A stretch of 64,000 nt of DNA from Octopus sinensis (Eukaryota). The stretch is from positions 21,781 to 85,780 of the forward strand of contig NW_021832586.1 of the NCBI RefSeq assembly GCF_006345805.1, in the 5' to 3' direction. Within the stretch, counting starts at the first letter, position 1; the number at the start of each line of letters is the position of its first letter. A program made the position numbers and the translations under genes. The notes below the pieces were generated by a model. The model was not told where the DNA came from. It saw nothing but the letters and a program-made list of their open reading frames with translations, and searched no databases. This document shows positions 40,238-53,432 of the stretch, piece after piece.

Positions 40238-42286
40238 GGCTCATAAGGCTGTAAAGATCAACTAATGATTAATAAAGCCATAACTGAAGACAGCCATAGA
40301 AAGAAGAAAGGTCTCACTATGGCCTGGATTGACTACAAAAAGGCGTTTGATAGCCTCCCCCACACATGGATCCTCGAAACACTAGCCATTAACAAAGTAG
40401 CACCAACAATCATAAAATTCATAGAGCACTCTATGAATAAATGGCAAACAGTGTTACAGCTCAAAACAAACGAGGGACTCATAAAAACCAAAGTCATCCC
40501 CATTAAATGAGGAATATTCCAGGGAGATACGCTCTCTCCATTCCTTTTCTGCTTGGCACTGTCACCTCTATCTGATATGCTAAATAGAACTGGATGCGGA
40601 TAAAAATGTTACGGCAAAACGATCAGCCACCTTTTATATATGGATGACCTAAAACTCTACGCTGCAAATGACAAACAGCTGGAAACACTATTAAAGACAG
40701 TTCATGGATTTACCAAAGAAATATATATGAAATTTGGATTAGAAAAATGCGCCAAAGTAACCATGAAAAGAGGAGAACTAGTTAAGCGTAACAACATCAC
40801 ACTAGATAAAACCAATGAAATAAAAGATTTAGACCAAAACAAACTTACAAATATTAGGAATCCATGAACTAGATAAGACACACACACACAAATGAAAGAG
40901 AAGATAAAAAAAGAATATTATAGACGAGTTAGATCAATACTAAAAACAGAGCTCATGCTAACAACAAGATAATAGGTATCAAACACTTAGCTGTCCCAGT
41001 TATAAGTTACAGCTACAATATCCTTAACTGGACACGAAATAAACTGACCAAAATAGATAGGAAAACAAGAAAAATAATGACAGGATCTAGGATGCATCAC
41101 CCAAAATCTGACATACAAAGACTATATATACAACGTATAGAAGGTGGTAGAGGCCTTATGCAGCTGCAAAGCTACTATAAAATAACCACCATAGGACTGC
41201 AAAAATATCTACTTCTGAAGGAAGGAAAACTGATCCAGATAGCGGCAAAACACGTGCAAAACAAAAAACTGTTCTCAGTATTTCAGGAAGCTGACAAATA
41301 TAAAGAAGAAATCATACCACATAATGAACATGAAGAAGAAGAAGAAGAAGAAGATGAAGAAACAACAAAAGCTATAAAACAAATGAAATCCAAACTAAAA
41401 ATAGAACAGCAACGAACCATGATAAAACGATGGCAAAAAGCCCCTTCATGGTAAATACTGGACTAAACTAAACGCAAAAGAAATAGACAAAGAAAAATCC
41501 CAGCAATGGCTGAGAAGCTCAGGACTCAAAGCAGAGACAGAGGGATTTTTAATTGCAGCACAAGACCAAAGCCTCCCCACCAGAAATTACCAAAAACATG
41601 TAATGAAAAGAAATATTACAAGTAACTGCAGAATATGTGGAGATGGACAAGAAACAATAAATCATATTATGCCCTGTCCTGGCTAAGAAGGAATATATTC
41701 ACAGACATGACAGAGTTGGAACTTACATACATTGGAAGCTATGCCAACATTATGGAATAACAACAGAAAAAAGATGGTATAGGCACAACCAGAAAAGGTC
41801 ACAGAAAACGAGAAAGCAACATACTCTGGGATATGCCGATATACACACGATAGAGAAATTAAGGGCAACAGACCAGATATAGTTGTCAGAGATCATGAAG
41901 AAAAAAAAATGCTTTCTAATTGATGTATCAATACCGGCAGATGACAACGTGTCTCTAAAAGAAATGGAGAAACTCTCAAAATACAAAGACCTGGAAATAG
42001 AGGTAACTAGAATGTGGAATCTGAAAACAGAAACAATTCCTATCATAGAAGGTGCATTAGGCATGATAAAAAAATATTCAGACAAATACATAACAAAAAC
42101 AACAGGACTTACAAACACATATAACATACAGAAAATTGCACTACAAGGCACTGCACACATCGTACACAGAACACTTTCCATACAATAACCATCAGAGCAT
42201 CACAACAAATCACAGCACATACCCAAGGCATACAGAGCTGCGCTCGGTAGTGAAGTGAAAGCACGCTATAAAAATAAAACTACTGA
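39890..42286 (+). mobile_element. R4/Dong LINE, family A, 5'-truncated, interrupted by TACTG(AAT)n at 40026-40235
   Basis: Collinear with 23396-25651: WIDYKKAFDS, YMDD, RLE and 3' end. Confidence 0.93.
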
Positions 42287-42337
42287 ACAATAATAATAAT
42301 AATGATAATAATAACAACAACAACAACAATAATAATA

Positions 42338-42399
<62 letters not shown>

Positions 42400-42467
42400 G
42401 ATAATAATAACAACAACAACAATAGCATCAGCATCAGCAACAACAACAACAACAACAAGAATAATAA

Positions 42468-42960
42468 TACTGCTCACAGCTATGGTCACCCACCAGTGTG
42501 AAATTAGCAACGGACCTTGAAGCAATCCAGAGAAGATTCACAAACAAGATCGTCTCTTTGCAACAGCTCAGAGAAGACGGGAGAGGTATGCAGTAATATA
42601 TATCTGGAAGATCCTGGAAGGAATTGTGCCAAATTTTGGCATTGAAAACTACACCAATGCCAGAACGGGACGACACTGCATAGTGCCAAAGATACCAGCA
42701 ATGCCATCACGCTTCAGGACCAGCTTCTGCAACTGCCTGGGTTTCAAGGGGCCACAGTTTTTTAATATTCTCCCAAAGAGTCTGAGGAACTTGCACAAAG
42801 TAGATGTAGGGGTTTTTAAATCAAAGCTGGACATCTTCCTGTCGAGAGTCCCAGATGAACCTACCTCACGGCAAGAGGTGCAAATGAGGGTAGCTGTATC
42901 AAACTCCATTCTTCACCAAGTGCCACATATTAGAGGAGGCTCTTAGAAATAACAGTGTAG
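42468..42960 (+). mobile_element. CR1/L2-type LINE 3' fragment
   Basis: LEAIQRRFT...IWKILEG...GPQFFNILPKSLRN...FKSKLDIFL is a typical CR1-group ORF2 C-terminus. Confidence 0.75.
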
Positions 42961-43571
42961 CGCAAAAACGGCGGTGCATAAGCATGGCTGCAGCTCTGAG
43001 CTGAAACTTTAAAAAAAAAAAATAATAATAATAAAATAATAATAATGATCCTTTCTACTATAGGCACAAGGCCTGAAATTCTGGGGAATGGGGTCTAATC
43101 GATTACATCGACCACAGTGTTTCACTGGTACATAATTTATCGACACCGAAATGATGGTAGACGGAAATTGAAAGCCCATCATATATATATGTGTGTATGT
43201 GTGCGTGCGCGCGTTTGTGAGTGTGCATTTCTGTATGTGCGTATATGCGTGCATATGTGTGGGTGCGTGCGTGTGTGCTTGCGTGTGCGTGTGTATGTGT
43301 GCGTGTGTGAATGTTTGCGTATCTTTTCGCATGTGTTTCTCTCTCAGCACTGCTTGTGTATGTTTACTTCCCTATCATCAAGCAGTTCGACATAAGAGTC
43401 CGACAGAGAAAGTACAGGACTTTAAATAATTAAATACTAGGGTCGATACATTCGGTTAAAAATTCTTCAAGGCCGCAGTCTAATGAGTGAAAGAAGAAAC
43501 TATGGCATATATATATATATATATAAACGGCGGTGCATCAGCATGGCCGCAGCTCTGAGCTGAAACAAGCA

Positions 43572-43666
<95 letters not shown>

Positions 43667-44174
43667 TGTACATATATATATATATAAATACATACGTATT
43701 AAACATATATTCTTAGCCATATACACTAGTATACACATGAAACCTGCTAACCTTCAGTCTGTCACCACAAGCTCCCAACTCTGCCATCATACACACTTTC
43801 AATTGTATACATGGTAATTATTTACACACATTGGTGTGTAAATAAAAATCCGCGTGTACAGCTACATTTAATTGAAATAAACACACAGATCCTCTCTAGA
43901 TTTACGTTCTCGCCTGAAATGCTCATCACAACAAACTGTATCATCTTCCTGGGTGGTAACTGTGGCTCTGTCGAGGTTGTTGCAAGTACAGGTAGCTTTC
44001 ACATGTTATCGTAATATCCTTCTTTACCTCACCTCCAACAACCACCTCGTCCACCGACCCATTCAATCGTTCAACCTACCCTTCCACTTAGCCTACCTGA
44101 CTCACCTGAATTTATTTCACTCGCCCATGTGCACTCGATGAACTTTTTTCTCTTACTCTTCCTTCTTCTTTTTG

Positions 44175-44236
44175 TGTGTATATGTATATACATATACAAA
44201 TATAAACAAGTACGTGTACATATACATTATATATAT

Positions 44237-44269
<33 letters not shown>

Positions 44270-44294
44270 TATATGCATATATATATATATATAT

Positions 44295-44325
<31 letters not shown>

Positions 44326-44483
44326 CATTATATATATATATACATATATACATACATATATATATATATATAATATATATATATATATATACATACATAT
44401 ATATATAATACATACATATATATATATATATAATATATACCATATATATATATATTATATATATATATATAATATATATATAT

Positions 44484-44552
<69 letters not shown>

Positions 44553-44612
44553 CACATATATATATATATTAATATATTACATTCATATATATATATATAT
44601 ATATATATATGA
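44175..44612. repeat. Long (TA)n/(TACA)n microsatellite
   Basis: Seen directly. Confidence 0.95.
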
Positions 44613-44967
44613 TATACATGCTTTTGTGATACTCCGTCTCTTTTCCCTTCACTTATTTCATTATTACTCTCTCCCTCTTTCTTCATTTCCCTTTCCATCT
44701 ATCCCTCTCTTCCCCCTCTCTATCACCATTCTGCCTCTCTTTCGATATGTTTGTTTTCTTTTTTTTATTAAGCTCTCTGCGCTCTGATAAAATTTTCCGA
44801 AGAAACGTATGAAATGGACGTGAGTGGGGGTAGTGCTGGTGTTGAAATGATTCGTGTATGGGACGACGGTGGGAAAGGAACGAACGAGGGTGTGGAGAGA
44901 ATACGAGTGGCAGCAAGTAAATCTTCTTCATTGTAAAGTTTAATAATAACCGTAAAAAAGGCCATAT

Positions 44968-45422
44968 GATGGCGGAATCGTTACACGCTGGACGAAATAC
45001 TCAGCGGTGTTTCGCCCGCCGCTACGTTCTGAGTTCAACTACGGCCGAGGTTGACTTTCCTTTTCATCCTTTCGGGGTCGATTTAATAAGCATCAATTAC
45101 GCACTGAGGTCGATTAAATATCCTCCCCCAAGCTGCCCTTGTGTCAAAAATTTTTAAATCATCATTATTATTATTATTATCATTATTATGAAGTCGACGG
45201 GCTGGCAGAATCATTAGCGCACTGGGCAGAATGTTTAGCGGCAGTTTGTCCGGCTTTACGTTCTCAGTCCAAATTCAGTCGCGGTCCAATTTATCTTTCA
45301 TCCTTTCAGGATCGATAAAATAAGTACCAGTTGAGCACTGGAATCGATGTAACCCCTTCTTCGAAGTTACTGGCCTTGTGCCAACATTTGAAACCAATAA
45401 TAATCGAAAGATTAAGCTACTG

Positions 45423-45466
<44 letters not shown>

Positions 45467-46008
45467 GCTAATTTTTTTTTGTGGGATACATAGATATAAT
45501 AGAAAAATGTGAAGGCAAAATTGTAAAACAATATGTTAAGAAAAAAATTAATTACATAAAATAAACACTGATTTCAAATTTTGGCATAATGCCAGCAATG
45601 TCAGGGGCTGGTTACGTAGATTACATCGGCCCCGGTACTCAAATGATGCCCATTTTATCGAACCTGAAGGGTGAAAGGGAAAGTCGATCGCGGTGGAATT
45701 TGAGCTCAGAACGTGCAAACAGACGATATGCCGTAATATAAAGCATCTCGCCCGGCGTGCTAAAGATTCTACCAGCTCGTCGCATTAATAATGATGGTTT
45801 CAAATTTTGGCACTGAGTCAGCAGCTTCGGGAATGAGTAAGTCGATTACATCGGCCATAATGCTCAACTGATACTTATTTTATCGACCACGAAATGACGA
45901 ATGGCAAAGTCTACTGCAGCGGAATTTTGAACTCAGAAAGTGAAGACGGACAAAATGCCACTATGCATTTTGCCCGGCGCGCTAACGATTTTGCCAGATC
46001 GCCGCCTT
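44968..46008. mobile_element. Cluster of four SINE family 2 copies (+,+,-,-)
   Basis: About 44968-45155 (+), 45195-45397 (+), 45570-45783 (-) and 45795-46008 (-), with a central (CTA)n. Confidence 0.75.
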
Positions 46009-46547
46009 ATAAAATAAAATAAATATATGAAATAAATATTGGTAACCCATCTAGAAATGGATGAGAAACCGCTCCCAAGGTAAGTTTGGTCAACTTTTTA
46101 TTCAAACCAATTTCTGTTCCGATTAGCTTCCATAAAATAGAACATCTGATATTAATCGTGAGCAGTCACTCCATTTCGCGGGGCTTATGACTCCGATGGG
46201 CCACCCTTGTCCATATTTTGAGGAGAAAAACAGTAGTACCGGATCCTAGAACACCTGACATCTCGACGGGGATCGACACAAACTCATAGCTGCCAGCCAG
46301 GACCCTGAATGCATCTCGGCGCTTGGGTTTCACTAGCACAGTAAATGATGAAAAGAAAGGTAGAAGCTTATGATATTAGAACATTTAAGTACAAAAGCAA
46401 AACACAGGAAAGAACAGAAATGAGGAAAGGAAAGGGTGAGAAAAGGTGGGGATAAAGCAGCAGAAGATGGAGGAGACGGGGTGATGGGAGATAAATCCCC
46501 GCTATCTCCAGCAACGAGTCCACCTCATCACAGGACTTCAACCTCCT

Positions 46548-47020
46548 TTGGTCTTGTCAATGATGGACACTCGACCGCTAGAGGCAGCAGCGACCCATCT
46601 CCCCGCCAGCGATATATAGATTAATAGTGCCAGAACACGCACTGGTTTCACGATTAGCCAGTTAGCTTGTTAAAAAAAATAATTATATATTAGCGAGAAA
46701 AGTAGTATTATTACCGAGAGGTAATATTTATATTCACTGAAATGGGGACATTCTATTAAAGCAAACTATACTGCGATAGCTACCATGAGAGAAACTCTAA
46801 TGCCGACTTTTTTTGGCGCAAAATGCTCTCTTGTTTACATCGGTAGCGGAAAGGTAAGCCTCCGTCACCTCCAGCGCTGGGACCACTAGATCATGTAATT
46901 TTGACCTTGTTTGTTCTTGTCAATGATGGACACTCGACCGCTAGTGTTAGCAGCGATTCATCTGCCCACCAGCGATATATAGATTGACAATGCCAGAACA
47001 GGTGCTGGTGTCACGATTAG
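46548..47020. repeat. Imperfect ~110-bp direct repeat (46548-46657 and 46911-47020)
   Basis: TCTTGTCAATGATGGACACTCGACCGCTAG...CCAGCGATATATAGATT...TCACGATTAG occurs twice. Confidence 0.85.
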
Positions 47021-47036
47021 TTTAATATATATATAT

Positions 47037-47097
<61 letters not shown>

Positions 47098-48129
47098 ATA
47101 AGCGACAGAGGCAGTATTACTAACGAGAAATAATATTTGAGTAGTGATTTCTATAGAGAGGCAAGGGGAAGATACAGAAAAGGAGAGAGAAGGAGAGAGA
47201 GATAGTGAAAGAGGGAGAGAGGTAAAAAGAGAGAGAGAGAGACCATCTCCTACGTGAAGATGCAACGGTGCAATAATATGTTTGACACATTCGCACTCAA
47301 TGATACAATAAGCCACTAGTATGTAGGTGTATTTGGCAACAAGAACTAAAAACGAGCATTTTTAATAAATATTAGATATAAGACTGTGTTTTCTGTTTAT
47401 GGTATTTTATATCTACCTTTTATATCTATATTTAACGTCTGTTGACAAATAGTTACATTTACGATTACATATTTCGTATTTTTAGTGAACAAACGTGTAT
47501 ATCTGTCAGAGCTGTTGCGTGCGAGTGAGTACGGAAGACTAATATTTAAAAACGATATTATTTATACATAAGCAAACACATACGATTTATCCATACATAT
47601 CCACCTGAAATTTAAACACATACACACATACATAAACTCACCTACACACTCGTTTATTAACATGAAAAATAAACACATATGTAGCTATTTGTCGCCAAGC
47701 AATAAGAGATTGGCAAAGACGAGATGGGTAAATTAGGCTAAAATCTATATTTGGAATCGGCTCTCTTACATAAGCTACAATTCAGCCAATCACGAATCAC
47801 TTCTACACACACTCACACGCGTACACACAGATACACGCACACATACACACACATACAAACACACACACACACACAAACAAACAAACACGCACGCCTATAC
47901 ATACACAACAAATATCAAAGTTACGTCTCGCCAGATTGGAATGTCTAATATGTCACTTTTATATATGGGACGCATTCCACTGCTCAGGCGCTGCATGTAC
48001 CCGGCGAAGCCGAAATACCGGGACTGGTAGCGACAACTGCAGAGTTGCCTGGATGATGACTAGCTGATCCTACCTTGGTCATAATACCTTTTTCTATCTT
48101 TGCAAAAAACAATAGATGGCTCCGGATGA

Positions 48130-48500
48130 CCTCTATCAGTCGAACAATGTAGTCAGTAGAATATTGATGTCAGCATTCTATTGGGAACGAGAGGTGGAAA
48201 AGAAAGGTTGATGTTCTCATGCAAGCTCTATGCATCGACGAAAGTTTTGAAAATGATCTTCATAACTTCGAGAAACTATCTTTGCTGTGCTCTCAGTCGA
48301 AGGAGAGGGCCTTTCTCCGTCCGGGTTGCGGATCCATGCAATAAGCTGCCGGACGAGATGGTGAAGATGCCGACGACCGCTCGGTTCAAAGTCTCTCTTG
48401 ACCAGAAATGGCCTGAACTCTTTGCATGAACACCCTCCCTGTACATAACGCCATGTCCCCCTACATGGCCTTGCTTTTTGCTTTTTGAGCTAAAAACTTA
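48130..48500 (+). mobile_element. CR1-like LINE 3' remnant
   Basis: RRGPFSVRVADPCNKLPDEMV...FKVSLD resembles the CR1 FSxRVxxxWNxLP...FKxxLD motif. Confidence 0.65.
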
Positions 48501-48569
48501 ACATTTTGTTAATTGCTATTTTAAAAGATAGCCAGCATGTGCGAAAATGCCGTCGTCTGTATGTGTCTG

Positions 48570-48830
48570 AGAAAAGACATGGACACAATGCCCCGTACGC
48601 TTGCTTGCTTCTTATGCATTTCATGGGGTTGGACACATCCCAGGCTAGTGGTCCCAGAAACACCATGCGTAGAGCTGACTAGGTACACCAGTGCTCTCCA
48701 CCGCTGCCTGTCTCGTGCCATCCCCTCTGCATTGCCCCAGGTGACATCGAGCCTCCACAGATCTTCCTTAATCACGACCAGCCTTCTCGTGTAGGACCTG
48801 CCACATGGCCCCTTCAATCATGCAGGTGTT
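48570..48830 (-). mobile_element. RTE-like LINE 3' remnant
   Basis: IKEDL...TW..AEGMARDRQRWRALV is a typical RTE C-terminus. Confidence 0.6.
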
Positions 48831-50409
48831 GCGTTGAATGAGAGTAAAAATTACATCTATAAACATACTAGGATTGTGTGAGCTAGCCGATGAAAGATAA
48901 AAATGTCAAGAACAAAGTTCTCACAAACATATTAGAATATTTTCAACTATCTGGCAGATACTGTTATATTTTTCGAATGTAGGCATGTAGTAATTGCTCT
49001 GGGTCATCCAACTAATCATGCCCAGACAGGATATTGATTAAAATTCTCAAACATTGGCAGTGTAGAATTCCAATCTTTTAACAAGTCGGCTGAGCAGTTA
49101 TGCGGTTATTGTCTCAAAAACAAATGTAGCACCCTCTAAATGGGACGATTAGAACAGAATCAATAAAGTTTAGAAAGAAGCTACAACAGAGAAAATAAAT
49201 TAGAAATGGGCTAGTAAATAAATTAGGTATTACGTAAAGCATCGCAACCAATGTTTCAGCAACGAGAATAGTCCTCAATTACTTCTACGCAAAACGTCAA
49301 GATTGTATGGTAGTACCAAAGTGTATATTCTAAGAGACAAAGGAACCAAAGCTTCTCAATGTACCTGAGTTGCAAAGCTGCAATAAGGCAACAATGCCAT
49401 CTCATGATGTCATGGACCGGCCAGACTGTGTGCTTCTCTATTCCAATGCATACAGCTCTCCAGCAAGAATTTTGTTCGAATACTTTCGAAGAAAAATACG
49501 TGTTGCGAAAACCCGATAACAGCAGCTGAATTATTATAAATTACCTGGTTTGGTTAGTCTACTGTATGAAATTGACATAAATATGCCAACTTTTATGAAT
49601 AAATCACTCGTATAAACCACTCGCTTCAGAACTAAAGAGTAATCGATTCTGCGAACTAAGGAAGCATAGCACTACAGACAAAGAGCAAGAACGATCTCCA
49701 CTTCATAAATTTGTCAAATTCTGAACTTAACCTTTTGGCCATGATGTTTAACGAAGTGACTGGTTCTTGATGTCAGCAGTTTGGTCGGGAAAGTACAGAC
49801 TTGAGTTATCCACTGCCTATCTATTAATGACAATGTCCGTCGCATGAGATAATTGGTGGAATGTGCGAGCGGTTTTGGTGGTGCTGGTGGTGGTAATTGT
49901 AGTCGTCGTCGTAGTAGTAGTAACTGCGGCGGTTATGTTGCCAGTCATCACTGTTTACTGTTAAATCTCTGATTTAGCAGACGCTATTGCCAAAAGCTAT
50001 TGCGTTTGTGGCCATTTCCATTTATTATTCAAACCATGATGCAGCAAAGGCTAGACAATCTAATATACCAGTTCTTTTTCTTTTTTTTTAAGATAGTAAG
50101 ATGCGGTTTGAGGTTGATATAGTTGGTATATCCAGCAGGTTAATCGACCGCGGTGGTATTTGATTCATAATTGCTTCGAGCTATGTTCTTTAAATCAATA
50201 TATATATATATATATATATATATAGATGAGTGTATTTTTACCTTGTTACCAATTAACACGGAAAAATAAATAAATAGTTACCAGGGCAGCAAAAAAGTAA
50301 AGATGTTGTAACTCCTTGTTTATAAAGGTAGAAACTTCGTGTTTACGTTGAATATTTTGAATAATATGAATAAAAAATGGAGTTAACGCAGGTGTAAACA
50401 AGTATTTTT

Positions 50410-50495
50410 ACTTTCGACACATGTTTCGAAAATTCCACTGATACTATTCAAAAGAATAAATGGTATAAACAATGCAATCTTCTCTTCGGGAAAGT
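50410..50495 (-). ncRNA. Hammerhead ribozyme variant (upstream inverted repeat copy)
   Basis: Reverse complement of 52832-52915 with the same core. Confidence 0.65.
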
Positions 50496-50880
50496 GAAAA
50501 AAACGAAACTCGTCAATACGACGTTTTAACAAAAAAATGATGGATTTGTATAGCGATAGACAGAACGCTATTAATATTGTTTAAAAAAACGTTATATGAT
50601 ATAACGTCATAAGTAGCTAACAGAAAGAGTAGGGATATTAATAGTGAATGTTAAATATAAAGGAAATTAAAGTTTAAATTATATATAATGATAGAGACTA
50701 CTTATATGCACTAAATGTATGTTTTTGCCAATGCTTACATCTGTATGCTCGCTCTATAACCGTGTTTACTAGAGTATTTTTAGAAAAAATAATGAAAAAT
50801 AGCTCAGAATTGCAGAGAAGACAGAATTTCTTGCCTTTGTCATATGGTATCGAAATTGAGAGGATCAACCATTCTAAATC

Positions 50881-52550
50881 CCAATTTTTTTACTAACCCA
50901 TCATTAAGGCTTATCTGCCCTTCTAGCTCTGACATCGGTATCCTTAGTAAAAATATACTAGATAAATATATTCCTAATTTAATCAAAACATTAAAACTTA
51001 GTTTATAGACTAATTCATTTGACGTAGTTGACTGGTTTAGGTCTATTAACAGTAAGGTGAGTACAAAGTTTATCCAGTTTGATATTTCCAATTTTTATTC
51101 GTCTATTAATCCAATAGTACTTAATAAGGCACTTTGGCGTGCTCATAACAAAGCTGGTCTCACCCGAGAAGTAATTAATGTTGTGTTGGCAGCCAGAAGA
51201 TCTATTATTAAATTTGATAAGTTGTGGGTCCGTAAAGACACACCAGATAGTTTCGATATACCAATGGGAAGTTCTGAGTCAGCACAGATAGCTGATTTGG
51301 TCTGTATATATATTCTTTTTGAAATGGCTGAAGAGTTCCCTAACATTTATGGAGGTCTATATCGTGATGATTGTTTACTTTACCTCCAAAATGTTTCCAA
51401 CCAAATTGTACAAAAAGTTAAGAATAGTTTAGTTAATTTTTTCAGTAGAATGGGCTTAAAAATCGTTTTTGATGACGATCTGACGAAGGCCAACTTTTTA
51501 GATATTGCGCTTAATTTACACAGTGACTCTTACTTCCCATATCATAAACCGTTGACCAATCGTAAGTACATTAGCAAATTTAGTAATCATCCTGGAGCAA
51601 TTACTAAGAATTTAGTTAAGAATATTTCATTTAGATTATCTAAATTATCTTCTAATGTTGATATTTTCAATAATAACGCTGAATTCTATAACTCTGCCTT
51701 AATCAAAGCAGGTTATACAGAAAAAATTTTCTACATTGATTCTGCTCAGTCTAATTGTAAATTCAATAATGTAGATAAGATTTCTAGTCGTAAAAGAATT
51801 ATTGATAACAAACATAACTTACCTACCGATACAAAGCGAATGAAGGCAGATAACCCTTATTTAATCCCCTATTATCGATCTAAAAGTAAATATAACACCT
51901 TCAAAAGTAATTACGCTATGAATACTAGTAAAAATATTTGGTTAATAATTCCTTACGGGAGACAAATTAAATCTAATCTCCCACTGCTGTTTCGTCAAGC
52001 TATTGCTAGGAATTTTCCAAACAATTCTAGATATTACTCTATAATTAATTCACATTAGGTTAGGATAGGTTTTTCAAACACAAAAAATCTCTTGCAAATT
52101 ATATCTTCTCATAATAACAAACTGTTAAATATTAATACATTTACTAATACTAACATTAATTTAGCTAATACCATCCAACCCTCTAGAAATATTAATAATA
52201 AGGTTATTGTATCTGAAGTCAATTCCAATAGAATTACATTTATGTCAAGTAACTCTAAGATTAAAAATTCTATATGCCAGTGTATAATCAGTACTCGTAA
52301 TAAAGTACGATTTTACATTGGTAGCACATCGTTAGAGTTATCTAAAAGAATTTCTATCCATTACTCAACATTTAGGGATAGAAATAAACGGAATAGTACC
52401 GGTCTCAGCAAACTGATTTGGGATTTAAAAGACCACAATGAACAATTTCATTTAGAATGGTTGATCCTCTTAATTTCGATACCATATGACAAAGGCAAGA
52501 AATTCTGTCTTCTCTGCAATTCTGAGCTATTTTTCATTATTTTTTTCTAA
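50881..52550 (+). pseudogene. Penelope RT plus GIY-YIG endonuclease with premature stops
   Basis: NPSLRLICP..SDIG, QFDISNFYSSI, IPMGS, GLYRDD, NFLDI, YHKP, SNHP, then FYIGST...KRISIH...STGLSKLIWDLK...CLLCNSE. Confidence 0.88.
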
Positions 52551-52831
52551 AAATACTCTAGTAAATACGGTTATAGAGCGAGCATACAGATGTAAGCATT
52601 GGCAAAAACATACATTTAGTGCATATAAGTAGTCTCTATCATTATATATAATTTAAACTTTAATTTCCTTTATATTTAACATTCACTATTAAATCCTTAC
52701 TCTTTCTGTTAGCTACTTATGACGTTATATCATATAACATTTTTTTAAACATATTAATAGCGTTCTGTCTATCGCTATACAAATCCATCATTTTTTGTTA
52801 AAATGTCGTATTGACGAGTTTCGTTTTTTTC

Positions 52832-52915
52832 ACTTTCCCGAAGAGAAGATTGCATTGTTTATACCATTTATCTTTTGAATAGTATCAGTGGAATTTCGAA
52901 ACATGTGTCGAAAGT
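52832..52915 (+). ncRNA. Type I hammerhead variant with CCGAAGA core and long stem II
   Basis: ACUUUC-CCGAAGA-[53-nt stem II region GAAGAUU...AAUUUC]-GAAAC-AUGU-GUC-GAAAGU: perfect 6-bp stem I and GUC cleavage triplet. Confidence 0.68.
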
Positions 52916-52954
52916 AAAAATACTTGTTTTACACCTGCGTTAACTCCATTTTTA

Positions 52955-52997
<43 letters not shown>

Positions 52998-53041
52998 TAT
53001 ATATATATAATATATATATATATATAATATATATATTATAC

Positions 53042-53432
53042 TGGGTGTTAATAAGCGTGTTGCCCAACCACATGGTTCCGGATTCAGTCTTACTGCGTGG
53101 CAAGTATTTTCTACTATCTCCCCTTGCTGACCAAAGCCTAGTGAGTGGATTTGGTAGGTAAAAATTGAAAGAAACCTGTCGTAATATGTGTGTGTATGTG
53201 TTTGTACGTGTGTCTTTATGTCTGTGATTGCCTTTCACCAACGCTCGACAAACGTTCTCGGTGTGTTTAGGCCTTCGTCACTTAGCGGTTCGACAAAATA
53301 GACCGAAAGTATAAGTACTGGGCTTTAAAAATATAAGTACTGTAGTCGATTCATTCAAGTAAAAATTCTTCAAGGCGGTGCCCCGGCATGGCCGAAGTTT
53401 AATGACCAAACAAAACAAATAAAAGATAAAAG
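53042..53432 (+). mobile_element. SINE family 1 copy
   Basis: CCAACCACATGGTTCCGG...GAGTGGATTTGGTAG...AAGGCGGTGCCCCGGCATGGCC. Confidence 0.75.

Larger units (their letters stand above)
50225..52960 (+). mobile_element. Penelope-like element, 5'-truncated, with an inverted upstream terminal repeat, in (TA)n
   Basis: RT plus GIY-YIG. 50365-50879 is the reverse complement of 52450-52960. (TA)n lies on both sides. Confidence 0.92.

Noticed and set aside
43860-44010. Possible host exon (short open frame on the minus strand)
   Set aside because: No recognisable domain and no convincing splice-site pair.
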